From a virus, in the IMG/VR virus record IMGVR_UViG_3300010383_000012: DNA of 61,308 nucleotides, one strand, 5' to 3'. This document shows positions 40,231 through 50,408 of the stretch, one piece after another; the stretch's first letter is position 1; each line of letters begins with the position of its first letter. A program made the position numbers and the translations under genes. Under the pieces are notes generated by a model that ran no database searches, was not told where the DNA came from, and worked only from the letters and a program-made list of their open reading frames with translations.

Positions 40231-42171
40231 ATGATTGACGTCTATTCGATCGGAACGACTCTCAAGCTCCACGACCTGATCACGCCCCAACTGCTGAAGT
40301 TGTCGGAGCAGTTTGCCAAGGTCGATGCGCTGGCCCTTCAGGTCAACAAGCGTCTGCAGAAGATGGGGGCCGAAGTCGTCGGCGTGCGCAACTTGGCCGC
40401 CGCATCAAAGGCGCTGGATGCGAGCCTGAAGGGCGTCAACGCCGAATCCCTGCTCATCGAGCGCAACCTCCGCGCCGTCAAGGGCGCAATTCCGACAGGC
40501 GGCATCGGACTCGAGAAGGAACTAGTCCGCGCAAACGTCGAGGCAGATCTTCTGGAGAAGAAGATCGCAGCGATGCGCGCCATGGGCCGTGTGCCGGGTG
40601 GTGTATCCCCGATGCTGCCCGGCGGTGGCGGTGCCGGCGGTGGCGGCGGCCGTCATCGTGGTGGAGTGCACGGCGGCAACATGCATTTCGGCCCGCACGG
40701 CATCGGCGTCGGCGGCGTCGGAATGGGTCTCGCTAGCGACATGCTCGTGCCGCTGGCCGCCGCTGGCGTCGCCGTCTACGTTGGCCACAAGTTCTATGAG
40801 GCCGGCAAAGAGTACGAGATGGCGTTCAAGCGTTTCAAAACGCTGAACCTCGGTGCGCAGGTGAACGAGGACGCCGACAAGTTCGCGCGCGGCACTCAAC
40901 AGTTCGGCATTTCAATGACCGAACGCATGACGATGCTGCGCGACATGCACGAGGTGATGGGCAACTACGAAGAGGCGAAGGCGATCACGCCGCTCTTTGC
41001 CCGCATGCTTGCGGCAAACAAGGGCGTCTTCGGCGAGGAAGGCAACCGGTTCGACAACAAGACCTTCCAGGCGCTCGGCAAGGTCATCGAAATGCGCGGC
41101 GGCACCAACTCAGAAGCCGAGATGTTCAAGCAGGCCGACTTCGCGCAAAAGGTGCTCACTGGCTCCGCTGGCCTGGTCACTCCCACGGACTTGCTGGCGT
41201 TCATGAAGACTGGCGGCGTAGCGACGCGCCTGTTGTCGAACAAGTCGTTTTATGAAGAATCGGCGCCCATGATTCAGGAAATGGGCGGCAGCCGATTCGG
41301 TACCGCCCTCATGAGTGCGCACCAGAACCTCGCGATGGGGCGCGGCACCGTGCAGGCGATGAAGGAAGCGGTACGCCTAGGCATCATCGACTCGAAGATG
41401 GTCGAGTACACGAAGATCGGCACGCTCAAGCGGGTTCTTCCTGGCGCACTGAAGGATTCGCAGCTCTACGACACATCGAAGTTCGAGTACCTCCTGAAAG
41501 TGCTCGTGCCCGCCATCCGGCAGGTTGGCGTCATCGGGCCTGGCAAGAAGCTGGTCACAGGTGACGCTATCACCGACGAGATGATGGTCAACGAGCTGAA
41601 CACCATCTTCAGCCAGCGCACCGCCAGCAACGCATTCGCCCAGATGTACCTTCAGCGTCACAAGATCGAAAAGAACGTCGCCGTAACGGAAGGTGCGATG
41701 GGCTTGAACGATCTCGAGAAGGAATACAAGAACTCGCCCGCCGGCGCCGAAGCCGAATTTACAGCCGCGTGGACCGATTTCAAGACGGAGTTCGGCCGGA
41801 CGATGCTCCCTGCCATCACGAAGATGTTGCTCACTGGCGCAAGCATCCTTCGCTCTATTGGCCACCAGACAACGGACGCGCAGGTCGATAAGGCCATTGA
41901 GAAGGATCCGTCTTTGCAAAATGGCCGGGGCCGTTGGGGCGTGCTCGGAGACTTTTTCGGCCTTAACAAACCGACCGAGCCTTCGCACGCGAGCAGTTCT
42001 GTGTCGGGCGGTTCTGGCAATGGGAACGGCAGCGTGCACACGACCATCAACATCGACGGCCGCAAGGTCGCCAATGCTGTGTCGCCGTACTTCGCCGGCC
42101 CTCTCGGATCGGGCCTGCACATCGGCGGCATCGACAACAACCTCAGCCTCCCAATGCCCGGCCTGAAATGA
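40231..42171 (+). CDS. Tape measure protein
   Basis: 646 aa, after the chaperone gene. Helical, with a Gly tract GGGGAGGGGGRHRGGVHGG. Confidence 0.8.
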   Translation: MIDVYSIGTTLKLHDLITPQLLKLSEQFAKVDALALQVNKRLQKMGAEVVGVRNLAAASKALDASLKGVNAESLLIERNLRAVKGAIPTGGIGLEKELVRANVEADLLEKKIAAMRAMGRVPGGVSPMLPGGGGAGGGGGRHRGGVHGGNMHFGPHGIGVGGVGMGLASDMLVPLAAAGVAVYVGHKFYEAGKEYEMAFKRFKTLNLGAQVNEDADKFARGTQQFGISMTERMTMLRDMHEVMGNYEEAKAITPLFARMLAANKGVFGEEGNRFDNKTFQALGKVIEMRGGTNSEAEMFKQADFAQKVLTGSAGLVTPTDLLAFMKTGGVATRLLSNKSFYEESAPMIQEMGGSRFGTALMSAHQNLAMGRGTVQAMKEAVRLGIIDSKMVEYTKIGTLKRVLPGALKDSQLYDTSKFEYLLKVLVPAIRQVGVIGPGKKLVTGDAITDEMMVNELNTIFSQRTASNAFAQMYLQRHKIEKNVAVTEGAMGLNDLEKEYKNSPAGAEAEFTAAWTDFKTEFGRTMLPAITKMLLTGASILRSIGHQTTDAQVDKAIEKDPSLQNGRGRWGVLGDFFGLNKPTEPSHASSSVSGGSGNGNGSVHTTINIDGRKVANAVSPYFAGPLGSGLHIGGIDNNLSLPMPGLK

Positions 42172-43136
42172 GCGATATAACTCTCGTCCTCGGCGACTTT
42201 GTCTTTCAGGATTTCGAAGTCCCCGAGCGCATCCCGTTCAGCACCGAGCAGCGGCTCGCGATCAAGAAGATGGTCGGAGGTGTCCGGGATATTCAGGCGC
42301 TCGGCACTGACCCGCCGCCGATTGTCTGGACCGGCACCTTCATGCCGACGGCAGATGGACAGTCTGCGCTCGATCGAGCGCGCATCGTGCAGCAGATGGT
42401 GAACGATGCGCTGCCTGTTGCCCTCTCGTGGGACGAGCTGTATCTGCTCGTGATGATCCGGCTGTTCGATCCCGACTATCGGTTCTATCAGATTCCGTAT
42501 CGCATCACCTGCGAGGTGCTGCAGGATCTGACGGCACCGATCTACGCTGACGCCGGCTTCGACGCCGACGACGCGATCGACGGTGACCTCGACGCGGCGA
42601 ACGCGCTGACGGCCAGTACGGGGGACCTCACGTTGTCCGGCCTGATGGGTTCGGTCAGCACGGCCGTCGGCAACGTGAAGACGTTCGTGAGCGCGTCGCT
42701 CAGCCAAATTTCGACGGTGCTGCAACCGTTGAATAACGCGGCGCGGTACGTCTCAACGACCATCAGCCAGGTAGATAGCCTGCTGGCGAGCGTGGGCGTG
42801 CCCGCCGGCGTGCTGCCGTCACTGCCTATCGCGCAGAACGTCGCGAAGTTCGAGTCGATTTTCAATGCGACGACGATGCAGATGCAGTACGTACAGATCA
42901 ACGCCCTGCTGGGTCGCATGCAGCGCAATCTGACCCAGATCAGCTCGAGCGGAAGGATCGTGACGGTGGGCGGCGGCAACCTTTTCGATCTCGCGTCGAA
43001 GGAGTACGGCGACGCGACCGCATGGACACAGATCGCGCAGGCGAACAACCTGAGCGACCCGACGCTCGTGGGCGTGAACACGCTCATCATCCCGCCGTAC
43101 AACAACGGCACCAGTGGCGGCATTCTCAGTTCGTAA
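42168..43136 (+). CDS. Tail/baseplate-hub protein with a C-terminal LysM domain
   Basis: The N-terminus LVLGDFVFQDFEVPERIPF resembles Mu gpP / P2 gpU-type proteins. The C-terminus GNLFDLASKEYGDATAWTQIAQANNLSDPTLVGVNTLIIP is LysM-like. Confidence 0.55.
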   Translation: MSDITLVLGDFVFQDFEVPERIPFSTEQRLAIKKMVGGVRDIQALGTDPPPIVWTGTFMPTADGQSALDRARIVQQMVNDALPVALSWDELYLLVMIRLFDPDYRFYQIPYRITCEVLQDLTAPIYADAGFDADDAIDGDLDAANALTASTGDLTLSGLMGSVSTAVGNVKTFVSASLSQISTVLQPLNNAARYVSTTISQVDSLLASVGVPAGVLPSLPIAQNVAKFESIFNATTMQMQYVQINALLGRMQRNLTQISSSGRIVTVGGGNLFDLASKEYGDATAWTQIAQANNLSDPTLVGVNTLIIPPYNNGTSGGILSS

Positions 43137-44267
43137 ATGACCATGACTGCATTCCTTCAACCGTCCGCGCGGCGCCCGCGCGGCGCGGTGAAGGTGAACG
43201 GGGTTCTCATCCCCGGTTGGATGACGTTCGACGTCGACAACAACAACTTCTTCAGCGCCGATACTTTCCGGTGCAGTTTTTCGGGCTCGCGGCTGCCGAA
43301 CGACCGCAACACAGCATGGTTTTCCGAGCAGCGGGACATGTTCGTTGAACTGTTCATCGGCTTTCCGCAGAACCCCGCTGCGTACACGCCCGACGACCTC
43401 AAAAGCTGGATCTACGGGCAGGTCGATCACATAACGGTCAACCCGGTCACCAACACGATCGAGGTCGACGGCCGCGACCTCACGCGGGTTTTCATCGACA
43501 CCAAAACCACGCAGAAGTGGCCCAACCAGACGTCGTCGCAGATCGCGACGATGCTCGCGCAAAAGCACGGCCTTACGGCCGCTGTGCAGGCCACGACGAC
43601 CAAGGTTGGGAAGTACTACGAGATCGACCACGTCAACATGGCGGACGAGAGGTCGGAGTGGGACATCCTCAACTATCTCGCGGAGCTCGAGGGCGTCCGA
43701 GTCTGGGTGCGCGGGCAGACGCTGTATTTCCAGCCGCCGCCCGATCCGTCGAAAGCGACGCCGTACCCGGTTGTCTATCAAGTGGTCCAGACGGCCGGCG
43801 GCGCACCGAAGGCCAACTTCGAAAACCTGAAGATGAAGCGGGCGCTGACGGTATCACGCGGCATTCAGGTGAAGATCCGGTCGTGGAACAAGAAGTACGC
43901 GAAAGGCTTCGTCGTCTCGTATCCATCGAACGTCAAGACCATCAAGGTCGGCTCCTCGACGGTCGGCACCGGCGCGCAGATCTACTCAAAGACTGTTCCG
44001 AACCTCACGCAGGATCAGGCACTCCAGCGCGCGCAGCAGTGGTATCAGCAGCTGGTGGCGCATGAGATGCGGCTGGAGGATCTCGAGTTGCCGGGCGACA
44101 ACGACCTGGACATCACATCGATCATCCAGTTCAACGGCACTGGGACAGCGTTCGACCAGCAGTACTTCCCCGATTCGATTCACCGCAGCCTGAATTTCGA
44201 GGGCGGCTATTCGATGACGGTCAACGCCAAGAACCACTCGCCAGAATCGGAGATCGCGACGATATGA
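43137..44267 (+). CDS. Baseplate hub (gpD / Mu gp44-like) protein
   Basis: 376 aa, between the LysM tail protein and the spike gene. Confidence 0.5.
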   Translation: MTMTAFLQPSARRPRGAVKVNGVLIPGWMTFDVDNNNFFSADTFRCSFSGSRLPNDRNTAWFSEQRDMFVELFIGFPQNPAAYTPDDLKSWIYGQVDHITVNPVTNTIEVDGRDLTRVFIDTKTTQKWPNQTSSQIATMLAQKHGLTAAVQATTTKVGKYYEIDHVNMADERSEWDILNYLAELEGVRVWVRGQTLYFQPPPDPSKATPYPVVYQVVQTAGGAPKANFENLKMKRALTVSRGIQVKIRSWNKKYAKGFVVSYPSNVKTIKVGSSTVGTGAQIYSKTVPNLTQDQALQRAQQWYQQLVAHEMRLEDLELPGDNDLDITSIIQFNGTGTAFDQQYFPDSIHRSLNFEGGYSMTVNAKNHSPESEIATI

Positions 44268-44959
44268 GAGGCATTCATGCACTCGCGAACGCCGTGCGCC
44301 AGCAGGCGAGCATGGCAAACGCGCATCTGTCGTGGCCGACTCTCGCATCCATCAGCAGCTACGACGCCTCGAATCACGCTGTCAAGGTGACGATCGAGCC
44401 GGTCGACCCCGGCGAGCAGCCGACAGAGTCGAACTGGATGCCGCTGGGCGCGATCGGTATCGGCAATGGATGGGGCGTCGCGGTGGGCCCGCAGATCGGT
44501 GATCAGGTGCTCGTGGTTTTCGAGCATGGCGATTTTTCCTCTGGCGTCATCGTTGCGCGCATTTTTTCGGTCGCGCAGCAGGCCCCGGCCGTGCCCAGTG
44601 GCGAGATATGGGCACTGCATCAGACCGGCGCGTTCATCAAGCTGGTGACCGACGGGGACATCGACGTGAGCACCCCCGGCAACCTCAACGCAACCGTCGC
44701 CGGAAACATGACTGCGAATGTCACCGGCAACGCGAGCACGACGGCGCAGAACGCAAGTGTGACGGCGAGCGGCACGGCTTCGGTCACGGCGCCGACGATC
44801 AACCTTGGCGCCACCGGCCAGACGCTACTGCAATTCGTGACGTCCGCGTTCACGTCGCTCTTCAACGGTCATACGCACAACGAGACTGGCAGCGTGACGC
44901 TGGCGCCCAACCAGCAGATGGGCAGCTCGCACCTCACTTCGACTGTAAAAGGCGGCTGA
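44264..44959 (+). CDS. Baseplate central spike (gpV / Mu gp45-like)
   Basis: OB-fold-like GDQVLVVFEHGDFSSGVIV, followed by the beta-helix repeats NLNATVAGNMTANVTGNASTTAQNASVTASGTASVTA. Confidence 0.65.
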   Translation: MRGIHALANAVRQQASMANAHLSWPTLASISSYDASNHAVKVTIEPVDPGEQPTESNWMPLGAIGIGNGWGVAVGPQIGDQVLVVFEHGDFSSGVIVARIFSVAQQAPAVPSGEIWALHQTGAFIKLVTDGDIDVSTPGNLNATVAGNMTANVTGNASTTAQNASVTASGTASVTAPTINLGATGQTLLQFVTSAFTSLFNGHTHNETGSVTLAPNQQMGSSHLTSTVKGG

Positions 44960-45360
44960 TGGTGGACCTCTTTCATTACTACGGCAACGATCTGTCCGCG
45001 TCGCCGTCGGGTGACCTATTGCTCGCGGACCCATCGACGACCGGCACTCAGCGAGTGTATCGCCGCCTGCTGACGAATCCGGCGTTATCGAACTCCGCCG
45101 GTCAGCCGGTGGCGTCCGCCGACTACACCTGGCATCCCGGCTACGGCGCCGGCGTCCCGCGCAAGGTTGGCTCACCCGGCAACGTGCCCGCTACACGCGC
45201 GCTCATCCGCGGGCAGATGCTGCTCGAGTCCGCTGTCGCGCGACAACCACCTGCCCAGATCACCCTCACGCAGTCGCAAGACGTCGTCAGCACCGCTATC
45301 CAGTACACCGACGCGAACACTGCGCAAACGCAGCTCGTGAATTTCGACATCAACATCTGA
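44959..45360 (+). CDS. Baseplate wedge protein (gp25/W position)
   Basis: 133 aa. ATG at 44959 overlaps the spike stop. It lies upstream of the baseplate J gene. Confidence 0.4.
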   Translation: MVDLFHYYGNDLSASPSGDLLLADPSTTGTQRVYRRLLTNPALSNSAGQPVASADYTWHPGYGAGVPRKVGSPGNVPATRALIRGQMLLESAVARQPPAQITLTQSQDVVSTAIQYTDANTAQTQLVNFDINI

Positions 45361-45364
45361 CCCA

Positions 45365-46498
45365 ATGGCAAACCTCAACACCCAGTCGTTCTCGGCACTC
45401 GTGTCGAACTTCGCGACGGCCGTGCAGGGTTCGGCCTCGCAGCTGATCGACTTCACCATTGGCTCGGTGCTTCGTGCGATCGCTGAAGCGATGGCAGGCG
45501 TCGCGCTCTGGCTGCAAGGGCTGATCCTGCAAGTTGCTGCGCTGACGCGCGCGGCGACTTCGAGCGGAACGGATCTCGACTCATTCTTCGCGCAGTTCGG
45601 CTTCTCGCGGTTGCCCGCCGTCGCGGCCACGACGCAGGAGACGTTTTCGCGCTTCACACCAACGAACCAAGCGCTCATTCCGGTGGGCGCCGTCGTGCAG
45701 ACGGCGGATGGCACGGTGCAGTTCACTGTTGTCGCGGACGGCACGAACCCCGCTTACAGCCCCACGCAAAACGGCTACGTGCTGCCCTCTGGTCAGGCAA
45801 GCGTGAGCGTCGCGGTGCAGTGCACGGTCGCAGGGACCATCGGCAACGTGTCTCAGGGCGCGCTGAACACGTTGGGGACCGCCATTTCAGGCGTCGATAC
45901 CGTCTCGAACGGCGTGGCCGTCAGCAATGGCGAGGCAGCAGAGTCGGACTCTGCCGCGCGCGCCCGCTTCGTGCTGTTCATCGCGAGTCTTGAGCGCGCC
46001 ACGCTGCTCGCTGTGCTGAACGCGATTCAGAGCGTGCAGATCGGCATGACCGGCATCGTCGCAGAAAACCAGCAGTACAACGGAATGGCGCAGAACGGTT
46101 ATTTCACCGTCATCGCCAACGACGGCAGCGGGTCTTTGAATTCGACGGAAAAAAAGAACGTCGAAAACGCCGTTGAGGCAGTGCGCCCACTGTGCTCCAC
46201 CTACAGCGTGCACGCGCCGAGCACCGACGTGATCAACGTGTCGATGACGATCACGGTCGACTCGACGCACGTCAAGAGCGCCCTTGTGCCGCTGGTCCAG
46301 GCAGCCGTCGCGGCATACATCAAAAGCATCGAGACCACTGCGGAAGGCGCGCTGTTGCCCTATTCCGCTGTCGCGACGCAGGCGTACAGCGTAGACGGTG
46401 TCACGAACGTCACCGATGTGCTCGTCAACGGCACCACGTCCGACGTTGCGATCACTTACCAGCAGGCATTCCAACCGGGCAACATCACCGTCAACTGA
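45365..46498 (+). CDS. Baseplate J-like protein
   Basis: 377 aa. The N-terminus FSALVSNFATAVQGSASQLIDFTIGSVLRAIAEA is typical of gpJ / Mu gp47. Confidence 0.7.
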   Translation: MANLNTQSFSALVSNFATAVQGSASQLIDFTIGSVLRAIAEAMAGVALWLQGLILQVAALTRAATSSGTDLDSFFAQFGFSRLPAVAATTQETFSRFTPTNQALIPVGAVVQTADGTVQFTVVADGTNPAYSPTQNGYVLPSGQASVSVAVQCTVAGTIGNVSQGALNTLGTAISGVDTVSNGVAVSNGEAAESDSAARARFVLFIASLERATLLAVLNAIQSVQIGMTGIVAENQQYNGMAQNGYFTVIANDGSGSLNSTEKKNVENAVEAVRPLCSTYSVHAPSTDVINVSMTITVDSTHVKSALVPLVQAAVAAYIKSIETTAEGALLPYSAVATQAYSVDGVTNVTDVLVNGTTSDVAITYQQAFQPGNITVN

Positions 46499-46499
46499 C

Positions 46500-47246
46500 A
46501 TGGCCACTGGCGATCAAAGCGACATTCTTTCGAGGCTCAAATCGTATGTGCCGCGAGGCTGGTTTGGTGACTGGAGCGAAGCGCCGATCATATCGGCAGT
46601 GCTAACTGGCATCGCGTCTGTATTCACGACGATCTACCTGCTGGTCATATTCATCAAGGCACAGGCGCGGCTGGACACGTCGACCGGCGGCTGGATCGAT
46701 TTGTGGGCTGCGGACTTCTTCGGCGGCAACCTGCCGCGCAAACCGAACGAGTCAGACGCGAGCTACATCGCGCGCATCAAGGTGGCGATCTTCCAGCCGC
46801 GCGCGACACGGCCCGCGATGATCAGCGTCCTGACGCAGCTCACCGGTCGCGAGCCAATCATTTTTGAGCCAGCGCGACCGCTAGACAGCGGTTGCCTTGG
46901 CGCGAACACGGGCGTCAACAGCTTTTGCGGCGTGGCTCGCATGGGCTCCATCGCGTGCCCATTCACGGCACTTATCACCGTGTACCGACCGGTCGTAAGC
47001 GGCGGCTCAGCAGGCGCTGCTTACTGCGACGCGATTCAGATTTCGGCAATCAGCACGCCTGCCTCACAAAGCTATACCGGCTCATTGGCTGACGAGATCT
47101 CTGCGGCTTCCGACGCGGACATTTACGCAGCCATCAACGCCACGAGACCGGTCGCCACAAACATCGGCGTGTGCATCACCAACTACGGTTTACGGCCGCC
47201 GCAGCTCGATTCAACCTTCATTCTCGATCAGTCCACGCTCTCATGA
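46500..47246 (+). CDS. Baseplate/tail-fibre attachment protein (gpI / Mu gp48 position)
   Basis: 248 aa, between the J-like gene and the fibre gene. Confidence 0.4.
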   Translation: MATGDQSDILSRLKSYVPRGWFGDWSEAPIISAVLTGIASVFTTIYLLVIFIKAQARLDTSTGGWIDLWAADFFGGNLPRKPNESDASYIARIKVAIFQPRATRPAMISVLTQLTGREPIIFEPARPLDSGCLGANTGVNSFCGVARMGSIACPFTALITVYRPVVSGGSAGAAYCDAIQISAISTPASQSYTGSLADEISAASDADIYAAINATRPVATNIGVCITNYGLRPPQLDSTFILDQSTLS

Positions 47247-49078
47247 AACGACTAATCTGTGCGCTGCTTTTGCTCGTCCACGCTGCCGCTGGCTATGCGC
47301 AGTTCACGACGGGACAGGTCCTTACCGCGGCACAGCTGAATTCCGCTTTGGCTGCGCCGACTATCGTGGGCGGCTCAATCAACGGCGCGCCTATCGGGCA
47401 AAACAATCCGAACAGCGGCGCGTTCACCACGCTCAATGTCTCAGGCTCCGCCACGTTTTCCGTGCCGCTCGGGACGACAAACGGTGGGACCGGGCTCGCG
47501 TCGATGCCTTCGCACGGCGTCGTCATAGGCGCAGGCTCGAGCTCGCCGACGTTCGCGATGCCGGGCACGGCCAATTACGCGATGCTGTCGAATGGTTCGA
47601 CGTCCGATCCTTCGTTCCAGCAGCTGACTGCGCCCATCGTCAGCTATACGCCGTCCGGCACTGGCGCGGCTGTAACGACCGTTAAGGCGTTCCTCGACTC
47701 GTTCCTGCAGTATCCGTCGGGGCAGTTCTATCAGAACGCCAACGCGAAAGTGAACCGGATCCGCGACCGTCTTTTCGTCGGCCCGGCCGCGGACAATCTG
47801 GGCACCAACGTTGCCTCGCAGCCCGATTGGCTGACGCAGTATCAGTTGGCGAAGGGCCGGACGTATGGTTACGTTCAGACGTCGCAGATGGCCGTGCTGA
47901 ATGGACCTGCATCACAGGACTCGCTTACCACCGCAGTATTCGGCGCTCAAACGAGCGGGCGTACAGCTTCAGGATCCCAAGTAATCGCAACTACTGGTGT
48001 TGGCGTCAATAACAATTCCGGCAACATCGGAGCATCTGGTAATCAGGCATGGGGAGGGTATTTCGAGGGATGGCGCGACACCGCCACAGCCGGCAATGGT
48101 GGCGCATATGGCATCGAGGCAGATTCAATAAATCTAGTCGGCGTGGCGGATACCGATCCGTACGTGCAATCTAGCGATCAAACTATTAGCGCTCAGCTTG
48201 CGTCAGGCGGAGAGATCGTCGGGGCGTTCGATTCTACTGCTGCGATTAACATTCAAAATAACGGCTCGGCCTATCGCAAAGGTATCGTATTCGGTTCGAA
48301 TTCGATCACGGGCGCGACAGGATCGAGTGGAACTGGCATCGCAATCGCGCTCGGCAAAGGGCATGAGCTTCAGTGGTATGGCGCGGCATCCACCCCTACG
48401 TCGAGCATTCTGGGCATCGGTACCACGACTGCGGGCGGAGTGTCGCAGCAGTTCAGCGACAACCTAGTGCAGTGGATGAATTCAGCGAACGCGCCGATCT
48501 TTGGCGCTTCTGGCACATCGGGTTCTGCCAACTACATCCTGGCATCCAATGCGACGTCGGGCAACGCACCGGCTTTTGCAGCGCAAGGGACTGATGCCAA
48601 CATCTCGATTGCCATCGCGGGAAAAGGAACTGGTGGGGCGCTGCTGCAAGGTGGAACGTCGGGGACCGCAGCGCCGGCTGGGTACATGGGTCAGGTCGTC
48701 GGTTCGGATGTGCCGGCGCCGGGATCGTCAGTTACATCCGCTGCCATTGCCAATGTAACCTCGGCGAGCGTTCCGGCTGGCAACTGGATGTGCTACGGAA
48801 ACGTCCAGCAAATCCCCGGTGCCAGCACGGCAATTGGTCAGAACGCTGCGTGGATCAGCACCACTTCAGCAGCGCTGCCCAGTGCCCTTGAAAACTCCGG
48901 ATATGCCAAGAGGGTGACAACGGCGAGCGCCACCGCGACCATCGAAGGCATGAACGTTGGTCCGGTCTTCTACGGCTTCACATCGAGCACGACGGTTTAT
49001 CTATCGTCTCAGGTGAACTACAGCAGCGGCACAACGGGCACGCAATACGGCGCTCTAAACTGCGTGCGATTCCATTGA
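47243..49078 (+). CDS. Tail fibre protein 1
   Basis: 611 aa. Gly/Ser/Thr/Ala-rich and follows the baseplate genes. The N-terminus MKRLICALLLLVHAAAGYAQ is signal-peptide-like. Confidence 0.6.
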   Translation: MKRLICALLLLVHAAAGYAQFTTGQVLTAAQLNSALAAPTIVGGSINGAPIGQNNPNSGAFTTLNVSGSATFSVPLGTTNGGTGLASMPSHGVVIGAGSSSPTFAMPGTANYAMLSNGSTSDPSFQQLTAPIVSYTPSGTGAAVTTVKAFLDSFLQYPSGQFYQNANAKVNRIRDRLFVGPAADNLGTNVASQPDWLTQYQLAKGRTYGYVQTSQMAVLNGPASQDSLTTAVFGAQTSGRTASGSQVIATTGVGVNNNSGNIGASGNQAWGGYFEGWRDTATAGNGGAYGIEADSINLVGVADTDPYVQSSDQTISAQLASGGEIVGAFDSTAAINIQNNGSAYRKGIVFGSNSITGATGSSGTGIAIALGKGHELQWYGAASTPTSSILGIGTTTAGGVSQQFSDNLVQWMNSANAPIFGASGTSGSANYILASNATSGNAPAFAAQGTDANISIAIAGKGTGGALLQGGTSGTAAPAGYMGQVVGSDVPAPGSSVTSAAIANVTSASVPAGNWMCYGNVQQIPGASTAIGQNAAWISTTSAALPSALENSGYAKRVTTASATATIEGMNVGPVFYGFTSSTTVYLSSQVNYSSGTTGTQYGALNCVRFH

Positions 49079-49082
49079 TTTT

Positions 49083-50171
49083 CTAAGCGCTTTGGGCGCG
49101 CTCGAGTGCGCGCTCAGATCCAGTCTCGCCAGAGTGCAATTCGCGGGGCCGTCGGCGCATGAACGGTTGCTCGATCAGCCTGTGTGCTACCTCGGCTATC
49201 AGCATGCAGCCGGGGAAAAATATCAGGGCCGACGCGACGGGGTCCGTCTGGAACAACCCGTGGTGCAACATCGTCTTCAGCATCGTCACGTTACATAGAT
49301 ATAGCGCGTAGCTCCGGGTGCTGATCCACTTAACGACCGGCACGTTATCTAATTTTTGGAAGCTCGCCCACAGCACGATCGCGGCGAACGACGCGGAAGC
49401 GACGCTCATCGTCAGCGTCCGCGTGAAAAAGTCTCCAAACTTTATGACGTAAAGCATGAGCAGTATCGTTACGTCGGCGCCGATGAATCCCAAGACGCCG
49501 ATTGAGCGAGCCCATTTTCTCAAATCGAAGGTGTGCGCCGCCCATGCGGCCAGGATGCCATAGGCGATTGCGTCGAGCCTGAAGACGACGACGCGTCGGA
49601 AATGCAAATCGAAGTCGAGGTTTGGGTTGTAAGCGATCATGCGCAATGCCATGGGCAGGACCATGAGGGTCAGCGCAATCAGAAGGATTCGTGTGCGAGG
49701 CTTAACTCCCGCGCATATCGCGAACAGCACAGGGAATAGCAGGTAGAACCATTCTTCGACGGCCAGCGACCAACTTTCCTCGAACCAATGGGGCATCGGC
49801 CATGCAAGGTTTTGCAGGAAGACGAGATAAGCCAAGCATTTCGCAGTCCAGCCGTGGTCTAGAGTGAGCCCCCAAAATGTGACAAACATCGAGACCAGGA
49901 AGAACGTCCAGTAGAGCGGCACCGTCCGCATCCAGCGACGAACATAGAAGTTTCGCGCGACCTTCCATGAAAAGCCATTCTCGAAGTCACGCAATATGAT
50001 GCCGCCGATCAGGAATCCGCTTAGCGCGAAAAACAGTACGACGCCAAGGTCACCGAGTACGTAGAAAATCCTCGGAGTTTCTTTCACCGCGCAGGACATG
50101 TAGTGGCCGGCAAGCACCGGCAGGATGGCGCACATGCGCACGGCATCCAGAGCTGAGTTTCTGTTTTTCAT
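49083..50171 (-). CDS. Acyltransferase-3 family membrane O-acyltransferase (OafA/YrhL-like)
   Basis: 362 aa and polytopic. N-terminus NSALDAVRMCAILPVLAGHY. Lower GC than the flanks and antisense to the late operon. Confidence 0.8.
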   Translation of the reverse strand: MKNRNSALDAVRMCAILPVLAGHYMSCAVKETPRIFYVLGDLGVVLFFALSGFLIGGIILRDFENGFSWKVARNFYVRRWMRTVPLYWTFFLVSMFVTFWGLTLDHGWTAKCLAYLVFLQNLAWPMPHWFEESWSLAVEEWFYLLFPVLFAICAGVKPRTRILLIALTLMVLPMALRMIAYNPNLDFDLHFRRVVVFRLDAIAYGILAAWAAHTFDLRKWARSIGVLGFIGADVTILLMLYVIKFGDFFTRTLTMSVASASFAAIVLWASFQKLDNVPVVKWISTRSYALYLCNVTMLKTMLHHGLFQTDPVASALIFFPGCMLIAEVAHRLIEQPFMRRRPRELHSGETGSERALERAQSA

Positions 50172-50339
50172 ACTTTGTTATGCAAGGCGGATATACCGAG
50201 CTTTCCGCCCCAACCAGTCGTCGAAAACGTCAGATATTACAGCGTTTATCAAATCCTTCCGCGATATTGCTCGCCGCTCGTCAAAGCCCATGCCGCTTTA
50301 GCGATCAGCGGGTTTCGACGCCCACGTCGAATAACAGTC

Positions 50340-50394
50340 AACCGCCTTCGTGCGGTTTTTTATTTTCTGAGCCCGCTCCGAGCGGGCTTTTTTT
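50340..50394 (+). terminator. Two tandem intrinsic terminators upstream of fibre gene 2
   Basis: AACCGC-CTTCGT-GCGGTT followed by TTTT, then AGCCCGC-TCCGA-GCGGGCT followed by TTTTTT. Confidence 0.7.
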
Positions 50395-50408
50395 CGTCCG
50401 GAGTGTTT

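Noticed and set aside
41377-43781. Minus-strand ORFs of 247, 355 and 320 aa
   Set aside because: They lie antisense to the tape-measure and baseplate genes, with Arg/His/Asp-rich compositions and no motifs.
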